From positions 16,259 through 80,258 of the forward strand of contig CAZLSP010000011.1 of NCBI GenBank assembly GCA_964562145.1: DNA of 64,000 nucleotides, given 5' to 3'. Under the pieces are notes generated by a model that ran no database searches, was not told the DNA's origin, and was given only the letters and a program-made list of their open reading frames with translations. Of this stretch, positions 8,167 to 18,414 are shown piece after piece. Both the position numbers and the translations under genes were made by a program. Numbering within the stretch: position 1 is the stretch's first letter; every line of letters begins with the position of its first letter. This DNA comes from an uncultured Anaerolinea sp. (GTDB lineage: Bacteria > Chloroflexota > Anaerolineae > Anaerolineales > Villigracilaceae).

Positions 8167-9669
8167 CTAGCGGTGCATGCGTTCCCAACGTCCCACCCAC
8201 TTCCAGTTTGACGTGTCGCGCTCGTTGCGCTGGACAAACTGGGCGGCGCGCTGCGCCTGCTGGTGCGAAGCCAGCGCCGCAAAGACCGCCGCAATCTCGG
8301 CCATGCGCGGGTCGTTGTCCTCGCTGATCGAGAAGCGTTCTTCTACAAAACGGGTGTCATACTGGCCGCCCATAAAGCGATGGCTGTCCATCAGGGTCTG
8401 GTGGAAGGGGATATTGGTGCGCACGCCCACAATGCGATACTCTTCCAGCGCGCGGCGCATGCGCAGGATGGCCTGGGCGCGGGTTTCACCCCACACAATC
8501 AGTTTGGAGATCATCGGGTCGTAAAACGGCGTAATCTCAAAACCGGGGTAAACCCCTGTATCCACGCGCACACCGGGGCCGGTGGGTAGCAGGCTGTGCG
8601 TAATCTTGCCGGTGGAGGGCATAAAGTTGTTATACGGGTCCTCGGCATTGATGCGGCACTCAATCGCCGCGCCGTTAATGCGCACATCTTCCTGTTTGTA
8701 TTGCATGGGCCGCCCGCGCGCAATCCGAATCTGCTCTTTGACAATGTCGATGCCCGTGACCATTTCGGTGACCGGGTGCTCCACCTGTAAGCGGGTGTTC
8801 ATCTCAAGGAAGTAGAAATTACGATCCTTGTCCACCAGGAACTCAATGGTTCCGGCATTGACATAATCGACCGCCTGGGCAGCTTTCACCGCCACTGCGC
8901 CCATCTGCTGGCGCAGTTCATCGTCCAGGAAAGAAGACGGCGATTCTTCTACCAGCTTTTGGTGACGGCGCTGGATGGAGCATTCACGCTCATTCAGGTG
9001 GATGACATTGCCGTGGGTATCGGCCAGGACCTGGATCTCGATATGGCGCGCCCCTTCGACCAGCTTTTCCAGGTAGACGTTCCCATCCCCAAAAGCGGAT
9101 TCAGCCTCACGCCGCGCTGATTTCAGCAGTTCTGGCATTTCTTCCAGGCTGCGAACTTCGCGCATGCCTTTGCCGCCGCCGCCCGCCGTGGCTTTTATGA
9201 GCAGCGGGAAACCGATTTGCTGGGCAATGTTGAGCAGGTCTTCGTCGCGCAGGTTGCCCACATCCTCGGTGCCGGGCACAACCGGCACACCCGCCTTGCG
9301 AACGGTTTCACGGGCGGTCATTTTGTCGCCCATTGCCGCAATCGACGAGGGTTTGGGACCAATAAAGATGATGTCATTGTCGGCACAGGCCGCCGAAAAA
9401 TCCTCGCGTTCGGCCAGGAAGCCGTAACCCGGATGGATGGCATCTGCGCCCGATTTTTTGGCGATTTCGATGATTTTATCGCCGCGCAGGTATGACTCGC
9501 GTGAGGGGGCCGGGCCGAGCAGGTAGGCTTCATCGGCCAGGCGCACGTGCAGGGCCTGCCGGTCGGCTTCAGAGAAGACCGCTACGGTCTCAATCCCCAG
9601 TTCACGGCAGGCGCGGATGATGCGAACGGCGATTTCGCCGCGATTGGCGATCAGTACTTTGGTGAACAT
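8167..9669 (-). CDS. accC: Biotin carboxylase subunit (ATP-grasp) of acetyl/propionyl-CoA carboxylase
   Basis: 500 aa. MFTKVLIANRGEIAVRIIRACRELGI, ATAGGGGKGMR, EMNTRLQVEHPVTE. Confidence 0.92.
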   Translation of the reverse strand: MFTKVLIANRGEIAVRIIRACRELGIETVAVFSEADRQALHVRLADEAYLLGPAPSRESYLRGDKIIEIAKKSGADAIHPGYGFLAEREDFSAACADNDIIFIGPKPSSIAAMGDKMTARETVRKAGVPVVPGTEDVGNLRDEDLLNIAQQIGFPLLIKATAGGGGKGMREVRSLEEMPELLKSARREAESAFGDGNVYLEKLVEGARHIEIQVLADTHGNVIHLNERECSIQRRHQKLVEESPSSFLDDELRQQMGAVAVKAAQAVDYVNAGTIEFLVDKDRNFYFLEMNTRLQVEHPVTEMVTGIDIVKEQIRIARGRPMQYKQEDVRINGAAIECRINAEDPYNNFMPSTGKITHSLLPTGPGVRVDTGVYPGFEITPFYDPMISKLIVWGETRAQAILRMRRALEEYRIVGVRTNIPFHQTLMDSHRFMGGQYDTRFVEERFSISEDNDPRMAEIAAVFAALASHQQAQRAAQFVQRNERDTSNWKWVGRWERMHR

Positions 9670-9743
9670 GGTCGCTCCTTTAATTCCACTTCCGGCTTTT
9701 CTCAGGGTGTATAAAGTTGGGTGCCCGGAAAGTGGAAAGCAGA

Positions 9744-11294
9744 TTACAGCGGAATATTGCCGTGTTTTTTGGCCGGGTTGGCATCGCGCTTATTTTGCAG
9801 CATTTCCAGCGCATTAATCAGGCGCGAACGGGTTTCGCGCGGTTCGATAACATCGTCGATGTAGCCGCGTTCAGCCGCCACATACGGGTTGGCGAACTTC
9901 TCGCGGTAGTCGTTGACCAGTTCGGCTTTGCGGCTGACCGGGTCCTCGGCTTTTTCCAATTCTTTCCGGAACACGATGTTTACCGCGCCATCGGGCCCCA
10001 TTACCGCGATTTCGGCCGTAGGCCAGGCCAGGTTGACATCACCGCGAATGTGCTTGGAGGACATGACGCAATATGCGCCGCCGTAAGCCTTGCGGGTGAT
10101 AACCGTCAGCTTGGGCACGGTCGCCTCGCAGTAGGCGTAGAGCAGCTTGGCCCCCGAGCGAATAATCCCGGCGTGTTCCTGGGTGGTACCGGGCATGAAA
10201 CCGGGTACATCTTCAAAAGTGATGATCGGGATGTTGAACGAGTCGCAAAAACGGATGAAGCGCGCTGCTTTTTCGCTGGCATCAATATCCAGCACTCCCG
10301 CCAGGACAGCCGGTTGGTTGGCGATGATGCCAACACTATGGCCGCCCAGGCGAGCAAATCCGACCACCACATTCATGGCGTAGTTTTCGTGGATCTCAAA
10401 GAACTCGCCGTTATCCATCACCAGGCGAATGACTTCCTTGATGTCGTATGGTTTGCCGGGGTCGGCAGGGATCAGGGTGTCGAGGGCTTCGTCCGCGCGC
10501 AGCGGGTCATCGCTGTTGTTGACGTAGGGCGGGTCTTCCATATTATTCTGGGGGATGTACGCCAGCATTTTGCGGATGAGATACAGGGTGTCGGCTTCGC
10601 TATCGGCGGCGACATGGCAAACGCCCGATTTCTCACTGTGGATGCTGGCCCCGCCCAGGTCTTCGAAGGAGACTTCTTCGTGGGTGACGGTTTTGACCAC
10701 TTCTGGCCCGGTGACGAACATGTAGGATGAGCCGCGCACCATGAAGATGAAATCGGTCAGGGCCGGGGAGTAGACCGCGCCACCGGCGCAGGGTCCCATA
10801 ATGGCTGAGATCTGTGGGACAACGCCACTGGCGAGGGTGTTGCGCAGGAAGATGTCGGAGTAACCGGCCAGCGAAACCACACCCTCCTGGATGCGTGCGC
10901 CGCCCGAGTCGTTTAACCCGATGACGGGTGCGCCATTCTTCATCGCCATTTCCATGATTTTGACGATTTTGGCGGCATGAACTTCACCCAGTGACCCGCC
11001 AAAGACCGTGAAATCTTGTGAGTAGACGTATACCAACCGGCCGTCGATGGTGCCCCAGCCGGTGACCACGCTGTCGCCGGTAAATTTTTGTTTGTCGAGA
11101 CCAAAATCGTGGGTGCGGTGGACGACAAATGCATCCACTTCGCGGAAAGAGCCTTTGTCTAGCAGCAGGTCGATGCGTTCACGGGCGGTCAATTTCCCCC
11201 GCTGGTGTTGGGCATCGATGCGTTCTTTGCCGCCACCCAGGTGCGCTTTTGCTTTGCGCTCGCGCAGGACCTTTATTTTCGAGTGTTCGCTCAT
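9744..11294 (-). CDS. Acyl-CoA carboxylase carboxyltransferase subunit (PccB/AccD5/12S family)
   Basis: ORF track starts at GTG 11300. I prefer ATG 11294 ([14 protein letters not shown]...) with AAGGAG 8 nt upstream. Typical GGG..R...[35 protein letters not shown] motifs. Confidence 0.9.
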   Translation of the reverse strand: MSEHSKIKVLRERKAKAHLGGGKERIDAQHQRGKLTARERIDLLLDKGSFREVDAFVVHRTHDFGLDKQKFTGDSVVTGWGTIDGRLVYVYSQDFTVFGGSLGEVHAAKIVKIMEMAMKNGAPVIGLNDSGGARIQEGVVSLAGYSDIFLRNTLASGVVPQISAIMGPCAGGAVYSPALTDFIFMVRGSSYMFVTGPEVVKTVTHEEVSFEDLGGASIHSEKSGVCHVAADSEADTLYLIRKMLAYIPQNNMEDPPYVNNSDDPLRADEALDTLIPADPGKPYDIKEVIRLVMDNGEFFEIHENYAMNVVVGFARLGGHSVGIIANQPAVLAGVLDIDASEKAARFIRFCDSFNIPIITFEDVPGFMPGTTQEHAGIIRSGAKLLYAYCEATVPKLTVITRKAYGGAYCVMSSKHIRGDVNLAWPTAEIAVMGPDGAVNIVFRKELEKAEDPVSRKAELVNDYREKFANPYVAAERGYIDDVIEPRETRSRLINALEMLQNKRDANPAKKHGNIPL

Positions 11295-11296
11295 CC

Positions 11297-11695
11297 TCAC
11301 TCCTTGTCGAGATAGGTTTTCGATGCAATTAGACCGATAATGACATATAACAGGTACAGACCGGATACAAAGACGCTAAACAACACGTTCGGAGCCGGTG
11401 CGCTCTGGATGAAAAGCCGGTCCAGCCAGTACCATACAAAGTACAACCCTGAAAGTGCCAATCCGGCGCGGAAGGCGCTGGGGTGCCCGGCCCAGACCCG
11501 GTAAGAGAGCCAAAAACTAGCCACAGCCCAAACTAATCCGCTGATAAAAATATATGCCGGGTTTGCGCCAAATTCTCTCAGGGTGTCCCAGTTTCCTATC
11601 GCGCTCAGGGCGCGCAGCGCATTCCAGACCGTGATACATAACACAAATAACACCAGGAAAGTTACGTGAAGAGGGCGGAGTTTGAAATCGTCCAT
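11297..11695 (-). CDS. Hypothetical 4-TM membrane protein (132 aa)
   Basis: ORF track extends to 11752. ATG 11695 overlaps the TAA of the upstream CPBP gene (TAATG). Its TGA lies 2 nt before the carboxyltransferase ATG. Hydrophobic, no motif recognised. Confidence 0.55.
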   Translation of the reverse strand: MDDFKLRPLHVTFLVLFVLCITVWNALRALSAIGNWDTLREFGANPAYIFISGLVWAVASFWLSYRVWAGHPSAFRAGLALSGLYFVWYWLDRLFIQSAPAPNVLFSVFVSGLYLLYVIIGLIASKTYLDKE

Positions 11696-12510
11696 TAGGT
11701 TTTTTTGTGGTTGAAAGAGAAGATGGGAGATGAAAGGGTTTTGGCTGTCCACACCAACGTTACCATTAAAACTGCCAGGCTGGTCAGGATGGCGGCTGTA
11801 AAGGGGTCGTAGGCCAGGCCGTAGTTGGGGAGAACCAGGCTGCTGAAGTTGGACATGGCATGAAATGTGATTGCCAGGAACAGGCTTTTGCCGGTGTTAT
11901 TGAAAATCCAGACGATGAGCACCCGTGTGGCAATTGTAAACAGGCATTGCCAGATGATCCAGATTGGAGAGTTGTGCCCCTGCGTATACGGGATAATATG
12001 CCAGGTAGCCCAAATTGTCCCCAGGATGAGCCCGGTAGCCAGCGCGCTTCGGCGGGCTTGCAAGGGTTCACAGGCATATCCCTGCCAGCCCAACTCCTCC
12101 GCAATGGCTGCAATGAAAAACGGCACAAAAGAAGCCGCCACTTTCCAGTCTGGGATTTGCAAGTCTGAGACGGGGATGCCGCCAAGTTTCTTTAGCGTAT
12201 ATCCAAGCAGCAGGATGGCGGGCAGCAACAGAAACGCGATCCCAAACCAGTACGGTTCTTTGACGCCTTGGATGTCGAAAACACGTTTGAAAAGGCTCTT
12301 AACGCCGCTTGCGCCGCTTTCACGATGGGTCAGGAACACTGCCGCAACCAGCGGGCAGACGAACATCAGCGCACTAAACGGAAGCTGGATGGGGATGGTT
12401 CCGGGCAAAAAGCGTTCAGCGATGCTGCCTGCCAGCCAGAATGGCACCGATAGACCAAAAACCAGGGCAAAAAAGAGCGTTGGCGATGAGCGTGCTGGAG
12501 TTAACTGCAT
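11695..12510 (-). CDS. CPBP-family (CAAX-type) intramembrane glutamic protease
   Basis: AAIAEELGWQGY (EExxxR-like motif 1) and FHAMSN (motif 3) in a polytopic protein. Start set to ATG 12510 (MQLTPARSS) because the ORF-track GTG 12573 lies inside a terminator hairpin. Confidence 0.7.
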   Translation of the reverse strand: MQLTPARSSPTLFFALVFGLSVPFWLAGSIAERFLPGTIPIQLPFSALMFVCPLVAAVFLTHRESGASGVKSLFKRVFDIQGVKEPYWFGIAFLLLPAILLLGYTLKKLGGIPVSDLQIPDWKVAASFVPFFIAAIAEELGWQGYACEPLQARRSALATGLILGTIWATWHIIPYTQGHNSPIWIIWQCLFTIATRVLIVWIFNNTGKSLFLAITFHAMSNFSSLVLPNYGLAYDPFTAAILTSLAVLMVTLVWTAKTLSSPIFSFNHKKT

Positions 12511-12536
12511 GTTTGGTTGTTCCCGGGCCTTAGTTA

Positions 12537-12586
12537 TAAAAAATCTTTCCTCTCGCGCTTGTTGAAAAGGCACAAGAGGAAAGAGA
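12537..12586 (-). terminator. Rho-independent terminator ending the glycosylation operon
   Basis: Minus strand reads TCTTTCCTCT-N21-AGAGGAAAGA followed by TTTTTTAT, starting 15 nt after the stop at 12601. Confidence 0.6.
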
Positions 12587-12600
12587 GCGCTTCAGTATGA

Positions 12601-14673
12601 TCAGGGTATTGGGGTGAACTTGAGCAGTTCTTTACGCCCGTATTCTGGCGCGCCGACCGGGGTGAACTCCTCCGGCTCAAACTGGTCTACGTAGGGAGCG
12701 GTGACGGTGACAATGTACTGGTTGGCAAAAACGTAGTCCAACCCCATCGCGCTCAGGTATTCGCCGCCTTTCCCGGCTTTCAGGGCCTGAAAATAGGCAT
12801 AAGAATTGATTAAACCGTCCATGTTGACCACGGTGCGGTCACGGATAAAGTACCCGGCGTTGCCGCCGCCGGTCATGCCGATTAGCGAACCGGGTTCGGT
12901 GTAACCTTCGAGGATGGGGAGCATGTCCATGTAGGGCTGCCCGGCCAGCGGGTCGCTCATGGGCATGCGGTTGACGAGGACAATCGCAAAGTTATAGGCC
13001 AGCAGGACGCTGGCCAGCCCGGCACCCCCCCAGGCCGTCAGGCGTACGGTGGGTTTCCACGGCAGCAGGTCGAGTAGTCCACGCAGGCCAATCGCCGCCA
13101 GGAGAACCAGCCCTAGCATTTGCATTACCCAATACCATTCATGGGCTGCGGCATAGGCCATCGCGCCGTACATGAAGGCGTGGATTTCGGCGCTGACCAG
13201 CAGGATGACCAGGCTGGTAGACGCCAGGCGTAGCAGCCCTTTGCGACGGTTAGCGAGCAAAATAGCCAGCCACAGCCCGACAATGAGCGCCATTCCACTC
13301 CAGAACCAGCCGTCGGTGGTCCAGCCGCGATCCGACATTTGGGAGGCCCATGCTTCCAGCGGGTTAAATAACAGGCCCCAGGCGTTGCTGCGCTGCGGGT
13401 CGAGCGCGTACACATCCAGCACCGATTTGGCCCCGCCGCCGTAAACGTCGTAGGGCAGCGAACCCCACCAGCGTTTGATTTGCCCTGAAACGGGCATAAA
13501 TGTCCCAAATAGCAGTTTATTGAGCCCCATGTAACCCAGCAGTCCCACCCCAACGACGCCGTAGTAGGTTAGCGCGTTGGGTAGCCAGTTCAGCAGGGCC
13601 GAAAAACGGGTTTTCACCTGCTGTAGCAGGGTTTGTGTTTCTGTTTTAACTTCGGTGATGTGCAGTGAAAGCGCGCGCAGGCCAAACCGCGAAAGCAGGG
13701 TCAGGGTCAACATTCCGGCCCAATAAATCAGCGGGACTGCACGGGGCATTTCGGCCAGTCCCAGCGCGCCAAGCGCCAACATTACCAGGGTTGCCAGGGC
13801 CATGCTGATTGGCACGGCCAGCAATGTGCGGCGTACAATTTGCCCGGCAGGTTGGCTGCGGGGGTGTTCGTACAGGCCCAACAGGTAAAAAACGATGCTT
13901 TGCAGCACAAATGTGATTGCCGCCATCAGTACCGCCGAATCGGCAAAGACCAGCAGGTAGTACTTCAATTCGGCGCGCTGGATGAAGGCCCCAATGACCA
14001 GGCCAAAAGTCAGCAACAGGTCGATTGGCAGCAGGGTACGGATGGCGGTACGGCGAAAAACCATCCACACGCCCACCAAAAGCACCAGGTAGATGCCATC
14101 CAGGCGGCTGAACAAAACAAACAGCGCGGCCAGGGCCAGTTTCACAAAATCGGTACGGGTCAGGCTGGGGCGGGAGTCCATTTGCTGCAGCAGGTAAAGC
14201 ATCAGCACGACTGAGAGCGCCACAATCCCGGTTTCCATGCCTTGCTGGGTGATGATGCCATGTATTTGCAGGTCCAGCGCCCAAAAGGCGGCGGCCAGCA
14301 TGGCAATGGGTTCCCCGGCCGGTTTTTTGAGCAACCTGAAAAGCAAAATAGCGGTGGCAACACTCAGACCGGCCATCACCACCATCAACACCCGCAAGGG
14401 CAAGATCAGGTCGATGCGCGCCAGCGCAAAAATGGGCACACAGACCAGCATCCATAACGGGTGATAGCCATTGGTGGGGTTGATACCGTCAAACGTCGAG
14501 CCGCGTCCCTCGCTGACATTTTGCGCGACCTTGAAATAATAGTAAGCATCGTCGCGGGTAAACCAGCGCGTCGAAAAATTATGCGGCGCAGAAGTAGCCA
14601 CATAGGTGTGAACGCTCATCACTACGATGATGAGCGCCAGTTCGAACCAGTGAAAACGTTTCAGGAAACTCAA
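12601..14673 (-). CDS. Polytopic membrane protein, probable GT-C-fold glycosyltransferase with C-terminal soluble domain
   Basis: 690 aa with TTG start and GAGG 4 nt upstream. About 14 predicted helices. The first loop after TM1 carries FTRDDAYYYFKVAQNVSEGRG, resembling the acidic DD/DE first-loop motif of GT-C enzymes. Family assignment is from recollection only. Confidence 0.45.
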   Translation of the reverse strand: MSFLKRFHWFELALIIVVMSVHTYVATSAPHNFSTRWFTRDDAYYYFKVAQNVSEGRGSTFDGINPTNGYHPLWMLVCVPIFALARIDLILPLRVLMVVMAGLSVATAILLFRLLKKPAGEPIAMLAAAFWALDLQIHGIITQQGMETGIVALSVVLMLYLLQQMDSRPSLTRTDFVKLALAALFVLFSRLDGIYLVLLVGVWMVFRRTAIRTLLPIDLLLTFGLVIGAFIQRAELKYYLLVFADSAVLMAAITFVLQSIVFYLLGLYEHPRSQPAGQIVRRTLLAVPISMALATLVMLALGALGLAEMPRAVPLIYWAGMLTLTLLSRFGLRALSLHITEVKTETQTLLQQVKTRFSALLNWLPNALTYYGVVGVGLLGYMGLNKLLFGTFMPVSGQIKRWWGSLPYDVYGGGAKSVLDVYALDPQRSNAWGLLFNPLEAWASQMSDRGWTTDGWFWSGMALIVGLWLAILLANRRKGLLRLASTSLVILLVSAEIHAFMYGAMAYAAAHEWYWVMQMLGLVLLAAIGLRGLLDLLPWKPTVRLTAWGGAGLASVLLAYNFAIVLVNRMPMSDPLAGQPYMDMLPILEGYTEPGSLIGMTGGGNAGYFIRDRTVVNMDGLINSYAYFQALKAGKGGEYLSAMGLDYVFANQYIVTVTAPYVDQFEPEEFTPVGAPEYGRKELLKFTPIP

Positions 14674-14688
14674 ATTGGCCTCGGTACT

Positions 14689-15723
14689 TTAAATTTCAAG
14701 TGTTATTTTACCCAATTGTTGGCCGTGTTCCAGTCTTTCGTGGGCGGCGCGGGCCTCTTTGAGCGCAAAAACCTGGTCCATTGCAACAGGCAGCCGCCCG
14801 GCCACGACCAGCGACATGACCTCGGCGAACTCGTCGAGTGTGCTCATGGTTGAACCAAGCAGGCTGAGATGCTTCCCAAATAAAAAGCGGTTATCGATCT
14901 CGAACTTTGCCCCGCCAGTGTTGCCGACGGTCAGGATTCGGCCGCCTTTGCGCGCGGCGCGGAACGAGAGCGGGTACGTCGTACCGACATTATCTACGAC
15001 GACATCTGCGCCCTGTTTAGCGGTGGCCGCATAAACGGCTTTGTGCCACTCTGGTTGCTGGTTGCGGTCGATCAACACATCGGCCCCGAGCCTTTCGGCC
15101 AGTTTCAACTTGGCTTCACCCGCCCCCACGACAATGACCTTCGCTCCGGCATTTTTGGCAATGGCGATGGATGCGGTATTGACCCCGCCCGACGCGCCTA
15201 CAACCAGAACCGTTTCACCGGCTTGCAACCCGCCACGCGTCATCAGCGAATGCCAGGCCGTCTGGTAGACCAATCCGGCCGCGGCGGCGGTATGAAAGTC
15301 GAACCCGGCCGGGAGTTTGAACACCTGGCGCGCCGGGACGCAAATGCTCTCGCAATAAGTTCCGCTAACGGTTTCACCCAGCAAATGCCAGTGATTACAC
15401 AGGTTGTCGCGCCCGGCCAGGCAGTATTCGCATTCGCCGCAGCCCAGGTTGGCGTTGATGACCACCCGGTCACCGACTTGCAAGCCGTGTTCGGGTACGC
15501 CGGGCCCAAGGGCCGTTATCTCCCCGGCCCCATCGGCCCCGGGGATGTGTGGCAGTTCCAACCGGATGCCCGGCCAGCCTGCGCGCACCCACAGGTCAAG
15601 GTGGTTCAGCGCTGCAGCGCGCAGGCGTATCTGCACCTCGCCAACTTTAGGCTGCGGATCGGCGACATCGGCCAGTTCCAGCACCTCGGGGCCGCCAAAT
15701 TGACGGAAGATGACCGCTTTCAT
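14689..15723 (-). CDS. Zinc-type medium-chain dehydrogenase/reductase (quinone oxidoreductase/ADH family)
   Basis: 344 aa. GADGAGEI, CGECEYC structural-zinc loop, VLVVGASGGVN Rossmann motif. ATGA overlap with the upstream gene. Confidence 0.85.
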   Translation of the reverse strand: MKAVIFRQFGGPEVLELADVADPQPKVGEVQIRLRAAALNHLDLWVRAGWPGIRLELPHIPGADGAGEITALGPGVPEHGLQVGDRVVINANLGCGECEYCLAGRDNLCNHWHLLGETVSGTYCESICVPARQVFKLPAGFDFHTAAAAGLVYQTAWHSLMTRGGLQAGETVLVVGASGGVNTASIAIAKNAGAKVIVVGAGEAKLKLAERLGADVLIDRNQQPEWHKAVYAATAKQGADVVVDNVGTTYPLSFRAARKGGRILTVGNTGGAKFEIDNRFLFGKHLSLLGSTMSTLDEFAEVMSLVVAGRLPVAMDQVFALKEARAAHERLEHGQQLGKITLEI

Positions 15724-16721
15724 AGCTCCAGTTCCTTCACCACGTGCGTCTGACCCGCTTCGATCAGCGCCAGCGCCACTTTGAGCGCAATCAGGCTATC
15801 TTCACCGCTGACGGGCACCGGGGTGCCATCTCGTACCGATTGCAGGAAGGCCTGTAATTCGGCTTTGAGCGGCTCGTAACGCGGGAGCGCGAAACGAGTC
15901 ATCGAACCTTCGCTTACGCCCAGGAAGGTTTGCAGCGCCGTCCAGCCGCCTTTGGCGGGCTGGGCGTTCTCGTAAAAATACAGGTCCTGGCTCAGGTCAT
16001 CGACCCGGAACATGCCGCGCTCGCCCAGCACCGTCACTTCGCGCACTTTGGTGGGGGTCAGCCAGTTAATTTCCATCCCGCCTGAGATGTTATCTGGGAA
16101 GCGCAGCAGGCCAAGCAGCAGGTCTTCGTGGTCGGTGTGCAGGCGCTGCTCAATCTCGGCGTAGGCGCGCAAAGGGTTCATTCCGGTCAGGTAACGCATG
16201 ATATCGATATCGTGCGGGGCCAGGTCTACCACCACGCCCACATCCTGGATGCGGCTGGGAAAAGGCCCAATACGGCGGCAATGGATCTGGAAAATGCGCC
16301 CCAGCATTCCATCGGCCAGCCGCTTTTTCAGTTCCTGGATGGCCGGGTTGAAGCGCACAATATGCCCTACCATCAATTGACGATTGGCTTTGCGGGCACA
16401 GTCAATCAGCCGCTGACCGGCTTCGGGGGTCGATGCGATTGGCTTTTCGACCAGGATATGCACTCCCGCTTCGAGCGCCGCTGTAGCGACTTGTTCGTGC
16501 AATGCGGTTGGCACAGCAATGGAGATGGCATCGGGACGTTCTTTGTCTAACATTTCGCGGAAATCGGTATAGGCCCGGGTACCCCAGCGCCGTGCTGCCG
16601 AATCGGCGGCCTGTTGGCGCGAATCGGCCACCGCCACCAGGCGCGCATCTGACATTTCGCTGTAAACACGGGCATGGTTACTGCCCATCGATCCGACACC
16701 GATTACGGCTACTTTGAGCAT
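15720..16721 (-). CDS. Gfo/Idh/MocA-family sugar-nucleotide 3-oxidoreductase (WbpB/WlbA-like)
   Basis: 333 aa. MLKVAVIGVGSMGSNHARVY Rossmann N-terminus and EKP motif (LVEKPIA). Sits between a DegT aminotransferase and an MDR gene. Confidence 0.8.
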   Translation of the reverse strand: MLKVAVIGVGSMGSNHARVYSEMSDARLVAVADSRQQAADSAARRWGTRAYTDFREMLDKERPDAISIAVPTALHEQVATAALEAGVHILVEKPIASTPEAGQRLIDCARKANRQLMVGHIVRFNPAIQELKKRLADGMLGRIFQIHCRRIGPFPSRIQDVGVVVDLAPHDIDIMRYLTGMNPLRAYAEIEQRLHTDHEDLLLGLLRFPDNISGGMEINWLTPTKVREVTVLGERGMFRVDDLSQDLYFYENAQPAKGGWTALQTFLGVSEGSMTRFALPRYEPLKAELQAFLQSVRDGTPVPVSGEDSLIALKVALALIEAGQTHVVKELEL

Positions 16722-16723
16722 GT

Positions 16724-17800
16724 TTACCTGCCCATGAACTGGTTAACGGCCCCGGTGATGGTTTCCAGGTCTGCCTGGCTCAACCCCGGGTGGATGGGCA
16801 ACGAAAGCACTTGCTGCGCCGCCTGTTCTGAGACGGGTAGCGAGACTTCGTAACCCAGGTTCCTGTAAACTGCCTGCTGGTGTACCGGGACAGGATAATA
16901 CACTTCGGACCCAACCCCATTTTCTTGCAGGTAAGCGCGCAGGGCATCCCGTTTACCGTCAGGGACCAGCACGGTGTACTGGTGATAAACATGCTCGTAG
17001 CCTTCAGGGACATAGGGGACGGTGACCCCCTGCAGGGTATCGTTCAAGAAACGGGCATTGGCTTGCCGGGCAGCGTTGAAGCGCGCCAGTTTTTGTAGTT
17101 GGGCCAGGCCAATGGCGGCATGGACATCGGTCATGCGGAAATTGAAACCAATTTCGTCATGGTAATAACGGCGGCGCATGCCGTGCTGGCGAATGACGCG
17201 TGCTTTTTCGGCCACGCTGTCATCGTCTGTGGTGACCATGCCGCCTTCAGCAGAGGTCATGTTTTTGGTGGGATAAAGCGAAAAGGTTCCAGTGCCAAAA
17301 GCCCCGGCCCGTTTCCCGTCGATGGCGGCGGCGTGGCTCTGGCAGGCATCCTCCACCACCACGAGCCCGTGCCGTTTCGCAATCTCCAGGATGGCGGGCA
17401 TGTCACATACCAACCCGAACAGGTGTACCGGCAAGATGGCCCGGGTTTTGGGGGTGATAGCCGCCTCGATTTTCCCCGGGTCGAGGTTGAGTGTGCGCGG
17501 GTCGATATCGACAAAGACCGGGTGCGCGCCGGTATACAGAACACTGTTGGCCGAAGCAATAAAAGTAAATGGACTGGTAATCACCTCGTCGCCGGGGCCA
17601 ATGCCGTGGGCCAGCAAAGCCACATGCAGGGCGGTGGTTCCCGACGAGGTGGCGATGGCATGTTTCGTTCCGCACAGGGCTGCAAAGGCGTCTTCAAAAG
17701 CGCGAGTCCGCGGCCCCTGCGCCAGGATGCCCGAATCGAGCACTTCCAGGACAGCCTGTTTTTCTTCCTCGCCGATGAGCGGTTTTGCCATATTAATCAT
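16724..17800 (-). CDS. DegT/DnrJ/EryC1/StrS-family PLP sugar aminotransferase (WbpE/WlbC-like)
   Basis: Start set to ATG 17800, which overlaps the acetyltransferase TGA (ATGA) with GGGAGAG upstream. MAKPLIGEEEKQAV, SGTTALH, FSLYPTKNMTSAEGG (PLP-lysine region). Confidence 0.88.
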   Translation of the reverse strand: MINMAKPLIGEEEKQAVLEVLDSGILAQGPRTRAFEDAFAALCGTKHAIATSSGTTALHVALLAHGIGPGDEVITSPFTFIASANSVLYTGAHPVFVDIDPRTLNLDPGKIEAAITPKTRAILPVHLFGLVCDMPAILEIAKRHGLVVVEDACQSHAAAIDGKRAGAFGTGTFSLYPTKNMTSAEGGMVTTDDDSVAEKARVIRQHGMRRRYYHDEIGFNFRMTDVHAAIGLAQLQKLARFNAARQANARFLNDTLQGVTVPYVPEGYEHVYHQYTVLVPDGKRDALRAYLQENGVGSEVYYPVPVHQQAVYRNLGYEVSLPVSEQAAQQVLSLPIHPGLSQADLETITGAVNQFMGR

Positions 17801-18402
17801 CTTACACTCTCCCATACATCAAGCGGAATCTCAACCGTGCGGCCGCATTCCGGGCATTCGGCCAGCATTCTCGCAGCGTCGCTTTGTTTGCCTTTCAGGT
17901 GTGCGCCGCACGGGCAAACAAACCCATGCAGGCGCGCAGGGTTGCCATACACCAGGCCGTGGTCGGGCACATCGCGGGTGACCACACTGCCTGACCCTAC
18001 CATTGCCCATTCACCGATGATTGTGCCGCACACAATGGTTGAATTCGCCCCCAGTGCAGCGCCTTTTTTGACCAGGGTTGGGCTCAAGACCCAGTCATCG
18101 GCCGCTTTTAGCGACCCATCGGGGTTGATGGCGCGCGGCTTTAAGTCATTTGTAAAGCAAACGTGCGGGCCAACGAACACCCCGTCTTGCAGGGTGACTC
18201 CGTGAAAGACCGACACATAGTTTTGAATCTTAACATGCTCCCCAATTGACACACCAGTATCGACATAAACACCTTTCCCTAAAATACAGCCAGCGCCAAT
18301 TTGCGCGCCTTCGCGCACCTGGCAGTGATGCCAGATGCTGGTGCCTTCTCCGATTTGTGCATGGGGGGAAACGTCCGCGGTAGGGTGAATCCGAACTGCC
18401 AA
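17797..18402 (-). CDS. Left-handed beta-helix (hexapeptide) N-acetyltransferase (WbpD/WlbB-like) with C-terminal Cys4 ribbon
   Basis: 201 aa with TTG start. IHPTADVSPHAQIGEGTSIWHHCQV... hexapeptide repeats. C-terminus CPCG...CPECG. Confidence 0.82.
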   Translation of the reverse strand: MAVRIHPTADVSPHAQIGEGTSIWHHCQVREGAQIGAGCILGKGVYVDTGVSIGEHVKIQNYVSVFHGVTLQDGVFVGPHVCFTNDLKPRAINPDGSLKAADDWVLSPTLVKKGAALGANSTIVCGTIIGEWAMVGSGSVVTRDVPDHGLVYGNPARLHGFVCPCGAHLKGKQSDAARMLAECPECGRTVEIPLDVWESVR

Positions 18403-18414
18403 AGAGACCTCTTC

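Noticed and set aside
12511-12573. GTG start at 12573 for the CPBP protease (ORF-track start).
   Set aside because: The codon sits in the loop or stem of the terminator hairpin 12537..12586. The added 21 residues are hydrophilic and unlike CPBP N-termini.
17797-17900. C-terminal Cys4 ribbon on the hexapeptide acetyltransferase as a novel fusion.
   Set aside because: From memory, many WbpD/WlbB-type and related sugar N-acetyltransferases carry a similar C.CG...C..CG tail, so it is probably a normal family feature.
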